A stretch of 64,000 nucleotides of DNA from an uncultured bacterium (lineage in GTDB: Bacteria > Zixibacteria > MSB-5A5 > CAIYYT01). Shown piece by piece: positions 40,642-49,502 of the stretch. The stretch covers positions 1,834,641 to 1,898,640 of the forward strand of contig CAVSCK010000004.1 in NCBI GenBank assembly GCA_963726455.1, given 5' to 3'. The first letter of the stretch is position 1; each line of letters starts with the position of its first letter. The notes beneath the pieces are model-generated. The model was not told the DNA's origin and did not search any database. It saw only the letters and a program-made list of their open reading frames with translations. The translations under genes were made by a program, and so were the position numbers.

Positions 40642-40674
40642 AAAAAAAGGCAGAAGTCTTTCAACTTCTGCCTT
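40642..40674 (-). terminator. Terminator of RRM copy 1
   Basis: AAGGCAGAAGT-loop-ACTTCTGCCTT with a U tail on the minus strand. Confidence 0.8.
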
Positions 40675-40710
40675 GACTGTTATCAGTGTCGTATTACGAC
40701 AACGATCAGT

Positions 40711-41037
40711 TTAGTAGCTGCGACGTCCGCCGCCGCCACCGTAACCACCGCGGTTACCACCACCACCTCCGCCACCGGGACGGCTACCGCCGGCCGGGCG
40801 AGGGCGTGCTTCACTCACGTTGAGCGTACGACCGTGCAATTCCTTGCCCATCATACCGCTGATCGCTGCTTCGGCTTCCGTCTTGTTGTCCATCTCGACA
40901 AAACCGAAACCTTTTGACTCACTGGTGAACTTGTCGGTAATAACGGTGGCTTTGGAAACCGCGCCGAAGGCCTCAAAGGCCTGGCGAAGGTCTGCGTCCG
41001 CCGTTTCGCGTGATAGATTGCCGACGAAGATATTCAT
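40711..41037 (-). CDS. RRM RNA-binding protein with Gly-rich tail (copy 1)
   Basis: RNP2 IFVGNL, RNP1 KGFGFVEM. Confidence 0.95.
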   Translation of the reverse strand: MNIFVGNLSRETADADLRQAFEAFGAVSKATVITDKFTSESKGFGFVEMDNKTEAEAAISGMMGKELHGRTLNVSEARPRPAGGSRPGGGGGGGNRGGYGGGGGRRSY

Positions 41038-41375
41038 CTTACTCTCCTGTGGATGTTCCCCCTCGCGACTGATCGTCTTTCGATACCTGCGAGAGAAATT
41101 GTCCTGTGCGCGGAATTGCGCTTATCCCCGGATTATAATTGTACAAGGATTGATTTTTCTTTACAAAGCTTGAGCAAGGTTAACGCGGGAGATCATGGTC
41201 ACGGTGACTATACGTCATGGCCCCCCGGATTCCTACACTTATTTTCAATTATTTTTGACCAATAATCCCGTGTTTTTGCGGATCGCTAGGCCTGCCTGCC
41301 TATCTTCTTGTTTCACCAAAGTCTACCCCCTGTGGGCGTCCGCTCATTTCATCCCCAATTTTCGCCCTTACAGTT

Positions 41376-41430
41376 GTGCCGGGTCCTGCCTATCGTCCCG
41401 CCCCGCGGGACGATAGGTGTGACCTGGCAC
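41376..41430. repeat. 55-nt palindromic REP-like element, copy 1
   Basis: GTGCCGGGTC..CCTATCGTCCCGC-CCC-GCGGGACGATAGG..GACCTGGCAC. Confidence 0.75.
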
Positions 41431-41436
41431 CAATTG

Positions 41437-41472
41437 CAAAAGTAAAGGCAGAAGTCTTTCGACCTCTGCCCT
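41437..41472 (-). terminator. Terminator of RRM copy 2
   Basis: Homologue of the 40642-40674 hairpin (GGCAGAAGTC...GACCTCTGCC). Confidence 0.65.
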
Positions 41473-41507
41473 AACTGTTATCAGCGTCGTCTTATGACAA
41501 CGATCAG

Positions 41508-41825
41508 TTAATAGCTGCGACCGCCGCCGCCGTAACCACCGTTGCTGCCACCGCTGCCGCCGCGATTGCCACCGCTGGATGCGGGGCGCGGGCGTGCTTC
41601 GCTGACATTGAGCGAGCGGCCGTGCAATTCCTTGCCGCCCATACCGCTGATCGCCGCCTCGGCTTCAGTCTTGTTGTCCATTTCGACAAAGCCGAATCCC
41701 TTCGACTCGCTGGTGAATTTGTCGGTAATGACGACGGCTTTGGAAACGCTGCCAAATCCCTCAAAGGCCTGGCGAAGGTCTGCGTCCGCCGTTTCACGTG
41801 ATAGATTGCCGACGAAGATGTTCAT
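41508..41825 (-). CDS. RRM RNA-binding protein with Gly-rich tail (copy 2)
   Basis: Nearly identical RRM to copy 1. Confidence 0.95.
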   Translation of the reverse strand: MNIFVGNLSRETADADLRQAFEGFGSVSKAVVITDKFTSESKGFGFVEMDNKTEAEAAISGMGGKELHGRSLNVSEARPRPASSGGNRGGSGGSNGGYGGGGRSY

Positions 41826-42140
41826 CTTACTCTCCTGTGGATGTGTTCCCCCGTTGCAGATCGTTTTGCGATCCTGCGAAGGAAATAGTTTTAGTGCGCG
41901 TCAGAGCGCCTATCTCCGGATTAGGTATTGAACAAGGATTGAATTTACGTTACAAAGCTTGAGCAAAGTTAATGCGAGAGATCATGGTCAACCAAAGCAT
42001 ACGTGGTGACCGGCGGATATCCTACACATATTTTCAGTTATTTTCGACCAACAACTCCGTGTTGTTAGGTGCCGCTACCCGCACGCGTATTCTTATAATT
42101 CCCCGTAGTGTAGCCCCTCGCGGGCGTTACTCATACAGTT

Positions 42141-42195
42141 GTGCCGGGTCTTGCCTATCGTCCCGCCCTGCGGGACGAAAGGTGTGACCTGGCAC
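42141..42195. repeat. 55-nt palindromic REP-like element, copy 2
   Basis: Same element as 41376-41430 with 3 substitutions. Confidence 0.75.
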
Positions 42196-42256
42196 GAATA
42201 CCTACAGCTATCCGGTCTAACACCGCCCCAAGTAAGTGTCGGAATCTTACAGTGAT

Positions 42257-42589
42257 TTAATCTTTGACGAGAAGTTTTTCAACTTTGGATTTGAGCAGCG
42301 GCATTTCATGAGCGACGACACCCCAAACAAGATCAATATTCACACCAAAGTACCCGTGAATAAGTTGATCCCGCATACCGGCAATGCGCTTCCAGGGAAT
42401 GTCACTGTTGGCTTCTTTCAGAGCAGGCGACAGCCCTTTGACGGCTTCTCCGATGATCTCAAGATTGCGAATGACTGCGTCTTGAGTCTTCGTATCGGCC
42501 GTAAAAGAGTCTTCCCCGGCTTCGGCATAACTCTCAATGCGAGCAATTGCGTCGCGAATGTGCTCCAAATAAGCCCGGTCATCATTCAT
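42257..42589 (-). CDS. HepT-like (DUF86/HEPN) ribonuclease toxin
   Basis: DAVIRNLEIIGEA, IPWKRIAGMRDQLIHGY (R-x4-H). Confidence 0.93.
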   Translation of the reverse strand: MNDDRAYLEHIRDAIARIESYAEAGEDSFTADTKTQDAVIRNLEIIGEAVKGLSPALKEANSDIPWKRIAGMRDQLIHGYFGVNIDLVWGVVAHEMPLLKSKVEKLLVKD

Positions 42590-42876
42590 ATCGGCCGCGC
42601 CTCGGAGTAGATTCTGTCCTTCAGATATGGGCTTACTCCCCCTTCGGCGACAACATCAACTTTGCACCCCAGCAGTTCCTCGACATCCTGTGCAAAGGCG
42701 ATCAGATCGAGCAATGTGCGTCCTTTCTCTACATTCACCAGCAAATCGACATCGCTGGTGGCTGTCGTCTCCTGACGCGCCACCGACCCAAACACGCGCA
42801 CATTCTGAACTCCACACCTTTCGGCGATCCGCAGTATCAATTCCCGTTTCGCTCTTAGAAGTTCGCCGGTTCCCAT
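42586..42876 (-). CDS. MntA-like minimal nucleotidyltransferase antitoxin
   Basis: FGSVAR.....SDVDLLV (GS-x10-DxD). 4-nt overlap with the HEPN gene. Confidence 0.93.
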   Translation of the reverse strand: MGTGELLRAKRELILRIAERCGVQNVRVFGSVARQETTATSDVDLLVNVEKGRTLLDLIAFAQDVEELLGCKVDVVAEGGVSPYLKDRIYSEARPI

Positions 42877-43056
42877 ATTGTTCTTTCCTCAATCGCGCTC
42901 TAACTCAAGTCCTATCGTCCATTTAATTCTCTATCGGCTCAGAGTCAACAGAAAAGAATCCCCCGATTCCGAACGTGGGAATGCCCGGTCGTCGCCCGGC
43001 CCCCGTGGGCGCGGCTCTAACCGATTCCCTCAGTCTTCCCCCTTGTAGGCGTCTGC

Positions 43057-43623
43057 TCACATCGACCCCAATTTTCGTCCATCTTGAAGCAGTCGAATCG
43101 CCTCCGCAACACGCTTATTTCTGGTCTCCGGTCGTTTGGCGATCCCAATCCAGATGGCGTACTGCTTGCGATAGCCGGGCGGCAACTTATCGAAATTCGC
43201 TCGCGCCTTCGCATTTCGTTTCAGCGCGGCCTCAAGTTCGTCGGGGATCCAATCTGGTTCCGGTGACCAATCTGGTTTGTCCCAGCAACCGTTCTTCTTG
43301 GCAGTCTCGACAATAGCCAGTCCCGCCTTCTTCATCCGACCGGCCTTGATCAGACGTTCCACGCGGTTCTTATTGATCGCCGACCAGATACTGATCTCGT
43401 TTCGCGGTGTAAACTTGCGGACGTACTTTTCCTCATCGATTTTCTTGACTAGACTATCGATCCAGCCGTAGCAAAGCGCTTCATCGAGGGCATCACTGTA
43501 CGTCAAAGTTTGCTCACCGGCCCCCTTCTTGTAGAAGACCAGCCAGACTCCGTCCACGTGACGATGATTCCGCTTGAGCCAGGTGCGCCAGTTATCGAGG
43601 CCACTGCAGTATAACCGCTCCAT
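43057..43623 (-). CDS. YdeI/OmpD-associated family protein
   Basis: WRTWL..NH, EALCYGWIDS, FTPR...S.WS..NK, AKRPETR.KR. Confidence 0.92.
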   Translation of the reverse strand: MERLYCSGLDNWRTWLKRNHRHVDGVWLVFYKKGAGEQTLTYSDALDEALCYGWIDSLVKKIDEEKYVRKFTPRNEISIWSAINKNRVERLIKAGRMKKAGLAIVETAKKNGCWDKPDWSPEPDWIPDELEAALKRNAKARANFDKLPPGYRKQYAIWIGIAKRPETRNKRVAEAIRLLQDGRKLGSM

Positions 43624-43832
43624 TTCTCATCCTCTCGGAAGTTCAACAAGTGCAACACAGAGTAAGCAATCGATGCCGAATTTTCAATCACGAACTCTCA
43701 TTCGGAATTGACACGCGCCGCTGTGCTGTGGGCAGGATCTAGAATTCGGATCATGGAGCGGCGGGCCGAAACAATTGTTTTGTTGAACCCATTCACAGCG
43801 TGTATAAGGAATAACAGCTAAGGAGAACTACT

Positions 43833-45014
43833 ATGGCCAAACGTATAGTGGCACTTATCTTCATTTTCGCCTGCGCGAGCGGCGCTTGGTTTGTTCTTGG
43901 GGGCGCAATGGCCTTCAGAACTGAGGCGCAGGACTCCACGTTATCTGACGACGTTTCCAATCTCTGGGGAAAAGCCCAGAAACAGGAAGCACCAAGTGTG
44001 AGCTATGTCGGTCCCGAGACTAGCGAGGTTCCGGTGACATTCGATCAGAGCAAAATCGAGGTCAATCTTGACCTGGAACATCGGAAGAAGGGTTTGCTGT
44101 GGTATTCCACCTACAAAGTCGCGTTTGCCGGTGACTATCGTTTCTCCAATTCAACGCCGGCTGCTCGAGAGTTTGTCTTTCGATACACATTTCCGTATGC
44201 GGGCGGTGTATACGACAGCTTCAACATCACGATCGGGGGGCAGACTGTCCAGGATATATCGTTGGCCCAAGGGGTCGTGGAACGTAGCATCACTCTCGCG
44301 CCCGGAGAAAGTGCAACGGCCCATGTCGGCTATCGGTCACAGGGGCTGAACCAGTGGTGGTACGAATTCGGCAAGGAGATTTCTCAAATTCGCAATTTCG
44401 ACCTCGCCGTAACCACCAATTTCGCCGGTATCAATTTCCCAGAAAACAGCATGTCACCTACACAAAGGTCTGAGACCAATGGCGGTTGGAAACTGGCCTG
44501 GCACTATGACAATCTCTTGTCGGGAATTCAGATCGGCGTGGAAATGCCCAAGAGGCTCAATCCTGGACCGTTCGTGTCTCGGGTGAGCTTCTTTGCTCCC
44601 GTTTCGCTGTTTTTGTTCTTCTTCCTTATGTTTGTCATAACCACAATTCGGGATATTCGCGTGCACCCAATGAACTACTTCTTCTTAGCAGCCGCATTCT
44701 TCAGCTTTCACTTGCTCTTGGCCTACTTGGTTGATCACGTCGACATACATGTCGCCATGCTGCTCTCCAGTCTGACTTCCATGTTTCTGGTTATTTCATA
44801 CATGCGTCTCGTAGTAGGAACGAGATTCGCCCTGTTAGAGACGGGCCTCTCACTGCTGGTCTTTCTGGTACTCTTCTCCTATGCATTCTTCCTTGAAGGG
44901 TACACCGGACTCACAATCACTGTCTGTTGCATTGCGACTTTGGCGGTGGTGATGCTTTCCACTGGCCGTTTGGATTGGGAGAAGAAATTCCTGGCATCAA
45001 AGCCCCACTCCTGA
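43833..45014 (+). CDS. CreD-like inner membrane protein
   Basis: N-terminal TM, periplasmic domain, C-terminal TM bundle with VHPMNY..FHLLLAYL.DH. Confidence 0.8.
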   Translation: MAKRIVALIFIFACASGAWFVLGGAMAFRTEAQDSTLSDDVSNLWGKAQKQEAPSVSYVGPETSEVPVTFDQSKIEVNLDLEHRKKGLLWYSTYKVAFAGDYRFSNSTPAAREFVFRYTFPYAGGVYDSFNITIGGQTVQDISLAQGVVERSITLAPGESATAHVGYRSQGLNQWWYEFGKEISQIRNFDLAVTTNFAGINFPENSMSPTQRSETNGGWKLAWHYDNLLSGIQIGVEMPKRLNPGPFVSRVSFFAPVSLFLFFFLMFVITTIRDIRVHPMNYFFLAAAFFSFHLLLAYLVDHVDIHVAMLLSSLTSMFLVISYMRLVVGTRFALLETGLSLLVFLVLFSYAFFLEGYTGLTITVCCIATLAVVMLSTGRLDWEKKFLASKPHS

Positions 45015-45024
45015 TATGGAAATC

Positions 45025-45055
45025 AAAAACGCGGTCGGGAAATATTCCCGACCGC
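45025..45055 (-). terminator. Terminator between convergent creD-like and ino1 genes
   Basis: Perfect GCGGTCGGGAA-ATA-TTCCCGACCGC with a U tail on the minus strand. Confidence 0.8.
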
Positions 45056-45091
45056 ACATTAATCTACATTTGCCCACAAGGGGCTAGACTA

Positions 45092-46240
45092 CTACTTCTT
45101 CTTCGCCACCTTCTTCACTGCCGGGCGCTTCGCCGCCACCCGCAGCTTGGCCTTGCCGGTATGCGGCTTGCCATAGGTGGCAATGTACTGCTCGGTCGCC
45201 TCGCGCGCGGCATCATCGAAATACTGTACCGGCGGCGACTTCATGAAGTATGACGATGGCGCTTCCAAAGCCGAGGACAGATGATTGTCCAGTCCCAGCT
45301 TGCAGCAGCGCACGGCGTCGATAACGACACCCGCCGAATTCGGCGAATCCCAGACTTCCAGTTTCATTTCCAGATTCAAAGGCACATCACCGAACGTGCG
45401 GCCTTCCATGCGGATATAGGCCCACTTGCGATCCGACAGCCACTCGACATAATCCGACGGCCCGATATGGCAGTTGCCTTTGCCGAGGTCGTAGTCAAGT
45501 TGCGAGGTCACCGCGTTGGTCTTGGAAATCTTCTTCGATTCCAACCGGCTCCGTTCCAGCATATTCAGGAAATCGGTATTGCCGCCGACGTTAAGCTGGC
45601 TGGTGCGCTCGAGACGCACGCCGCGTTCGCGGAACAGGCGCGTCAGTACGCGATGCGTGATCGTGGCGCCCACCTGTGACTTGATATCGTCACCGATGAC
45701 CGGCAGGCCTTTCTTCTGGAATCGATTGCGCCAGTATTGCTCCCGCGCAATAAACACCGGAATGCAATTCACCAGCGCGCAGCCGGCCTCCAGTATTTGC
45801 TCGACATACCACTTGGTGGCTTCTTCCGAGCCGACCGGCAGGTAGTTCACGACAACTTCAGTGCCCGTGTCCTTGAGATATTTCGCAACGTCAATCGCGT
45901 CACCCGGCGCCTTCTCGATAATCTGCGACAGGTAATATCCCAGTCCGTCATGCGTCATACCGCGCTGGACTTTGACACCCGTGTTCGGCACGGAACTGAA
46001 TTTGTAGGTATTATTCGGGCGTGTAAAGATCGCCTCGGCTATGTCTTTGCCGACTTTGTTCTTATCGATATCGATCGCCGCCGAAAACTCGATATCCGAA
46101 ATGTGGTAGCCGCCCAAATTGACGTGCATCAAGCCGGGTACGAAATCGGTATCCTTGGCATTCTTGTAATATTCCACTCCCTGAACAAACGATGAGGCGC
46201 AATTCCCCACGCCGATAATGCCGACACGAATTTTACCCAT
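45092..46240 (-). CDS. ino1: Inositol-3-phosphate synthase
   Basis: [54 protein letters not shown] before ATG 46240. Confidence 0.95.
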   Translation of the reverse strand: MGKIRVGIIGVGNCASSFVQGVEYYKNAKDTDFVPGLMHVNLGGYHISDIEFSAAIDIDKNKVGKDIAEAIFTRPNNTYKFSSVPNTGVKVQRGMTHDGLGYYLSQIIEKAPGDAIDVAKYLKDTGTEVVVNYLPVGSEEATKWYVEQILEAGCALVNCIPVFIAREQYWRNRFQKKGLPVIGDDIKSQVGATITHRVLTRLFRERGVRLERTSQLNVGGNTDFLNMLERSRLESKKISKTNAVTSQLDYDLGKGNCHIGPSDYVEWLSDRKWAYIRMEGRTFGDVPLNLEMKLEVWDSPNSAGVVIDAVRCCKLGLDNHLSSALEAPSSYFMKSPPVQYFDDAAREATEQYIATYGKPHTGKAKLRVAAKRPAVKKVAKKK

Positions 46241-46254
46241 TCTTTTACTCCTCG

Positions 46255-47175
46255 TTAGATATTCGAATGCACCTTCGCCAGGTGCTGCTTTATCAACCCA
46301 TCCTTGCGGCGTTCCGCTTCCGCCAACGTCAACGGAAAATCGGGGCCGCAGTTCTCGATCATCACCGAGGACACGCACCCCGCGAAACAGCCGGCGTCAA
46401 AATAATCATATCCGTGTTCAAGTGCATATATAATTCCGGCGGCATAGGTATCCCCCGCGCCGGTCGAATCCTTGGCCACCGTCGCAAATGCCGGAATAAC
46501 ATAGAAATCCGACCCGTCGTAAATCACCGAACCGGATTCCGCCAGCGTAATGATCACCAGTTTCGCGCCCCAGGATTTGATAATTTTCGCGGGAGTTTCA
46601 TAGTCAACGCGCGGATCGATGCCGGTCAGGACCTTGCACTCCATTTCGTTCGGCTTGAACACGTCCGACAGCGCCGCAATTTTCTCGATTTCCGCGGTCT
46701 TCTCATGCACGATCCTGCCCTTCTCAACTCTGCGCAGAAATCCCTGCGGATCGACGAAAATCTTCGCTTTGGACCGCGCCTTCACCAATTCCACGTAACC
46801 GAAATCAAGCTCCTGCAATATCGGCCCGAACAGAATCCAATCGGAATCAGCGAATTTCTCCGGGAAAAACCCAATCGGCCCGGCATCGCCCAAAACATCA
46901 AGGGTACGATTGCCGTGGTCGTCATAATATATCAGCTTGAACCCGCCCGACTGTTCCGCCTCCTCAACCGCATACTTTATTCCGAACCGCTCCATCTCCG
47001 AGCGGAAACTCTTGTCATAATCCTTGCCCACTCTGCCAACCAACGCGGTTTCCATCCCGAGTTTGGACAGCGCCAAACAAGCATTGGTCGAACATCCCGA
47101 CAGTACCCGCCCACCCGTCTTCAGAAAAGGCGTTTCGATCAGGTCAAAGACGGGATTACCGATGCCGGTAATCAT
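46255..47175 (-). CDS. PfkB/ribokinase family kinase (candidate myo-inositol kinase)
   Basis: KPNEME and DSTGAGDTY PfkB signature. Substrate inferred from context only. Confidence 0.85.
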   Translation of the reverse strand: MITGIGNPVFDLIETPFLKTGGRVLSGCSTNACLALSKLGMETALVGRVGKDYDKSFRSEMERFGIKYAVEEAEQSGGFKLIYYDDHGNRTLDVLGDAGPIGFFPEKFADSDWILFGPILQELDFGYVELVKARSKAKIFVDPQGFLRRVEKGRIVHEKTAEIEKIAALSDVFKPNEMECKVLTGIDPRVDYETPAKIIKSWGAKLVIITLAESGSVIYDGSDFYVIPAFATVAKDSTGAGDTYAAGIIYALEHGYDYFDAGCFAGCVSSVMIENCGPDFPLTLAEAERRKDGLIKQHLAKVHSNI

Positions 47176-47792
47176 TCCTTGTCTCGTTCCTTTCTATCTT
47201 TGAGAATCCGGCGCGCATAAATCAGGCGCTGTAAGCTGGTGAGGTAAGACACGCCGCCGACCAGAATCAGCGCGTAATTAAAGAGACTGTGCCCCGGGAA
47301 GAAATGTTCTGCCAGTGCGCCGGCAATCACGATGATGAATTTTTCCAGACGTCCGACCGCGCCGACCGCGACGTTTTCGATTTTGCCGATTGACTCCGCC
47401 GCTTCACGGGTGTAGCTGGCGATTATCATCCCGAACAGCGCGAACATCGCCCAACCGGGATATACAAACCCCGACACGGCAATTCCCATCAGAATCACGG
47501 CCTCGGCGTAGCGATCCGACACATGATCGAGAATGCCGCCGAACGTGGTCCCCATATTGCCCGCCCGTGCCGTGGCGCCGTCCAGCATATCGGTGAAAAT
47601 GGCGAGCGCCATCACAATGGCGCCCCAAACAAGTTGCCGCTGCCAGAAGAGCACGCCACCCACAATCGCGATCAGGAAAGAAATAAGCGTCAGTATATTC
47701 GGCGTCAGACCAAGGCGCAGGCAGAATCTTCCATACGGTATCGATACCGACTCATATGTGATCCGCCGTCTCTGCTGAAGTTGCTGCGCCAT
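47172..47792 (-). CDS. CDP-alcohol phosphatidyltransferase (candidate phosphatidylinositol-phosphate synthase)
   Basis: TPNILT and DMLDGATARAG..T.FGGILDHVSDR signature. Confidence 0.9.
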   Translation of the reverse strand: MAQQLQQRRRITYESVSIPYGRFCLRLGLTPNILTLISFLIAIVGGVLFWQRQLVWGAIVMALAIFTDMLDGATARAGNMGTTFGGILDHVSDRYAEAVILMGIAVSGFVYPGWAMFALFGMIIASYTREAAESIGKIENVAVGAVGRLEKFIIVIAGALAEHFFPGHSLFNYALILVGGVSYLTSLQRLIYARRILKDRKERDKE

Positions 47793-47982
47793 GAAAGTAA
47801 TCCTGTGTCCTTTTGCGCTCTCTAAACAGGGTCCGTGTGCAATTTGCAGAACGCGTCGACCCTGCGCCGATCTCCCCACCCTCCGCCAAGCTTAGCATTA
47901 TACCCTGCATACGCAGGAGCGTCAAGCGAAATTGAACTCGTTCGGGAGTACGTGGATAGAGGGCCCGTAGTGCGCATTCCAG

Positions 47983-49455
47983 CTAAGGCGGAGACAAAAG
48001 TTCAAGTCTCTTTCGACTCGACTGCCACGAAAAATAGGTCGCCTTGCTTCCCGCAGGTATCTCCGGTAACGAATTGTCTGACTGAAGTATGACACTCACC
48101 GATTTCGTCTTGTCAAACCAGACATAGAGTATGGCCTGCAAATGCTTCGGCGATCCTTCGGTGGCCAGAGTGGATTGCGAATAATCTGAGAACACGACAA
48201 CTGAGTCGCTCCGGTCCAACGCGTTGTTGGCTTTGTCGAACCCGGCGATGATTCTGTTCGAAATCTCCTGGGCCTCGAAGTACACAGCCGACAGCCGATA
48301 TGTAATCGCCAGATTCGCGATGGCAAATAACACAATACCTGCAGACAAGACTGCCTTTGAGCGAAGCATTCTTAACCGTTCCGAAACACTGCTGACGAGC
48401 CAGCCGACCAACACCGCCGTGCCGACTGCCGGAGTGTACACAAATCTGGTTACTGATGCCCTGGGATATAGGTCGAACAGACTGATGTTCCACCGCACGA
48501 TTGCTATCGTGGCAACAAATGCGGCCATCCAAAGCAGAAACAGGCGGCAAGCCACACCCCCTTTGCGCCAAAAGTACACCAGTATTATCGGCGACACGAT
48601 CGTCAGAGCGATCTTCATAGCTTTGAAACCTGTTACGACATTGCCGGGCATTGCGTCGGCGACGCGCTGGGAGAAAGGCATGATCGTGTAGAGCATGAAA
48701 TACCAGAGATTGACAAGCGTCCCCGAGCCGACTCCAATTTCCTTTTCGGCCACAGTTCTGGTCGCGGCATAACCGATCAGAAATGCGCCGAAGGTCAAGA
48801 TCCAGAAGAGTGTGAACGTCCTGTACTTCCGGCTCAGAGGTGAGATTCCTTTGACCAGCAGAACAGCTCCAAACAGCCCTATCGAAACAAAACCGGATTC
48901 CTTAATCAATGTGGCTGCATAACCAAGCAACCAGATCTGGACAAACACTTTCCATGACGGCTTCTCAGCAGCATCAAGAGACTTCAGCACGACCAGCAGA
49001 CACAGGCACGTTACCCAGAGATCGTGTCCAACCGATATCCACTCAATGGCCGGAGCGTTAAGAAAGTAGAAAGCGTAGAAGACGGCCGCTGCATACCTGA
49101 ACTTTGGAGATGCTTCCATCCGTTCCAGGACTTTCCAGAGCAGGTATACATTCGCGACATGAAGTAGTATGTTCACCAGACTGTAAAGAAAGGCATGATT
49201 CCCGAATATGAGCCGCCACACAAACACGATCAGCAGGTTCAGCGGCCGGAAGTATCCATACATCGGACGTTCGAAGAATACCGAGAAGTCGGTCGCGGCG
49301 CGCTTTGCATTGAATAGCCACAGCCAGTCGTCACCCAGGAATTGCCGGCAAATGAAGGGGCAATAGAACAGCAGTGTGGCTCCCAGGAGAACGTACAGCC
49401 ACGTCTGGCGCCTTGGAGCAGGGTCGCGGTCAGGGTTATTCCCGGTGTGATTCAA
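47983..49455 (-). CDS. Polytopic membrane protein, GT-C (PMT/ArnT-like) glycosyltransferase candidate
   Basis: FLGDDW, YFRPL, NILLH..N..L, IEWIS, LIKESG motifs and many TM helices. Confidence 0.7.
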   Translation of the reverse strand: MNHTGNNPDRDPAPRRQTWLYVLLGATLLFYCPFICRQFLGDDWLWLFNAKRAATDFSVFFERPMYGYFRPLNLLIVFVWRLIFGNHAFLYSLVNILLHVANVYLLWKVLERMEASPKFRYAAAVFYAFYFLNAPAIEWISVGHDLWVTCLCLLVVLKSLDAAEKPSWKVFVQIWLLGYAATLIKESGFVSIGLFGAVLLVKGISPLSRKYRTFTLFWILTFGAFLIGYAATRTVAEKEIGVGSGTLVNLWYFMLYTIMPFSQRVADAMPGNVVTGFKAMKIALTIVSPIILVYFWRKGGVACRLFLLWMAAFVATIAIVRWNISLFDLYPRASVTRFVYTPAVGTAVLVGWLVSSVSERLRMLRSKAVLSAGIVLFAIANLAITYRLSAVYFEAQEISNRIIAGFDKANNALDRSDSVVVFSDYSQSTLATEGSPKHLQAILYVWFDKTKSVSVILQSDNSLPEIPAGSKATYFSWQSSRKRLELLSPP

Positions 49456-49502
49456 ACATTACTCCGCAAATTTGACCAAATACTTACCTGCAGGACGGTT
49501 TG

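Noticed and set aside
39866-40714. 282-aa plus-strand ORF
   Set aside because: Antisense shadow of the CDGSH gene with no recognisable motifs.
42257-42876. MNT-HEPN pair as a novel defence system
   Set aside because: Canonical, widespread MntA/HepT toxin-antitoxin with standard motifs.
46241-46378. N-terminal extension of ino1 in the ORF track
   Set aside because: It overlaps pfkB. The RBS and family start point to ATG 46240.
46267-47220. 317-aa plus-strand ORF
   Set aside because: Antisense shadow of the PfkB kinase.
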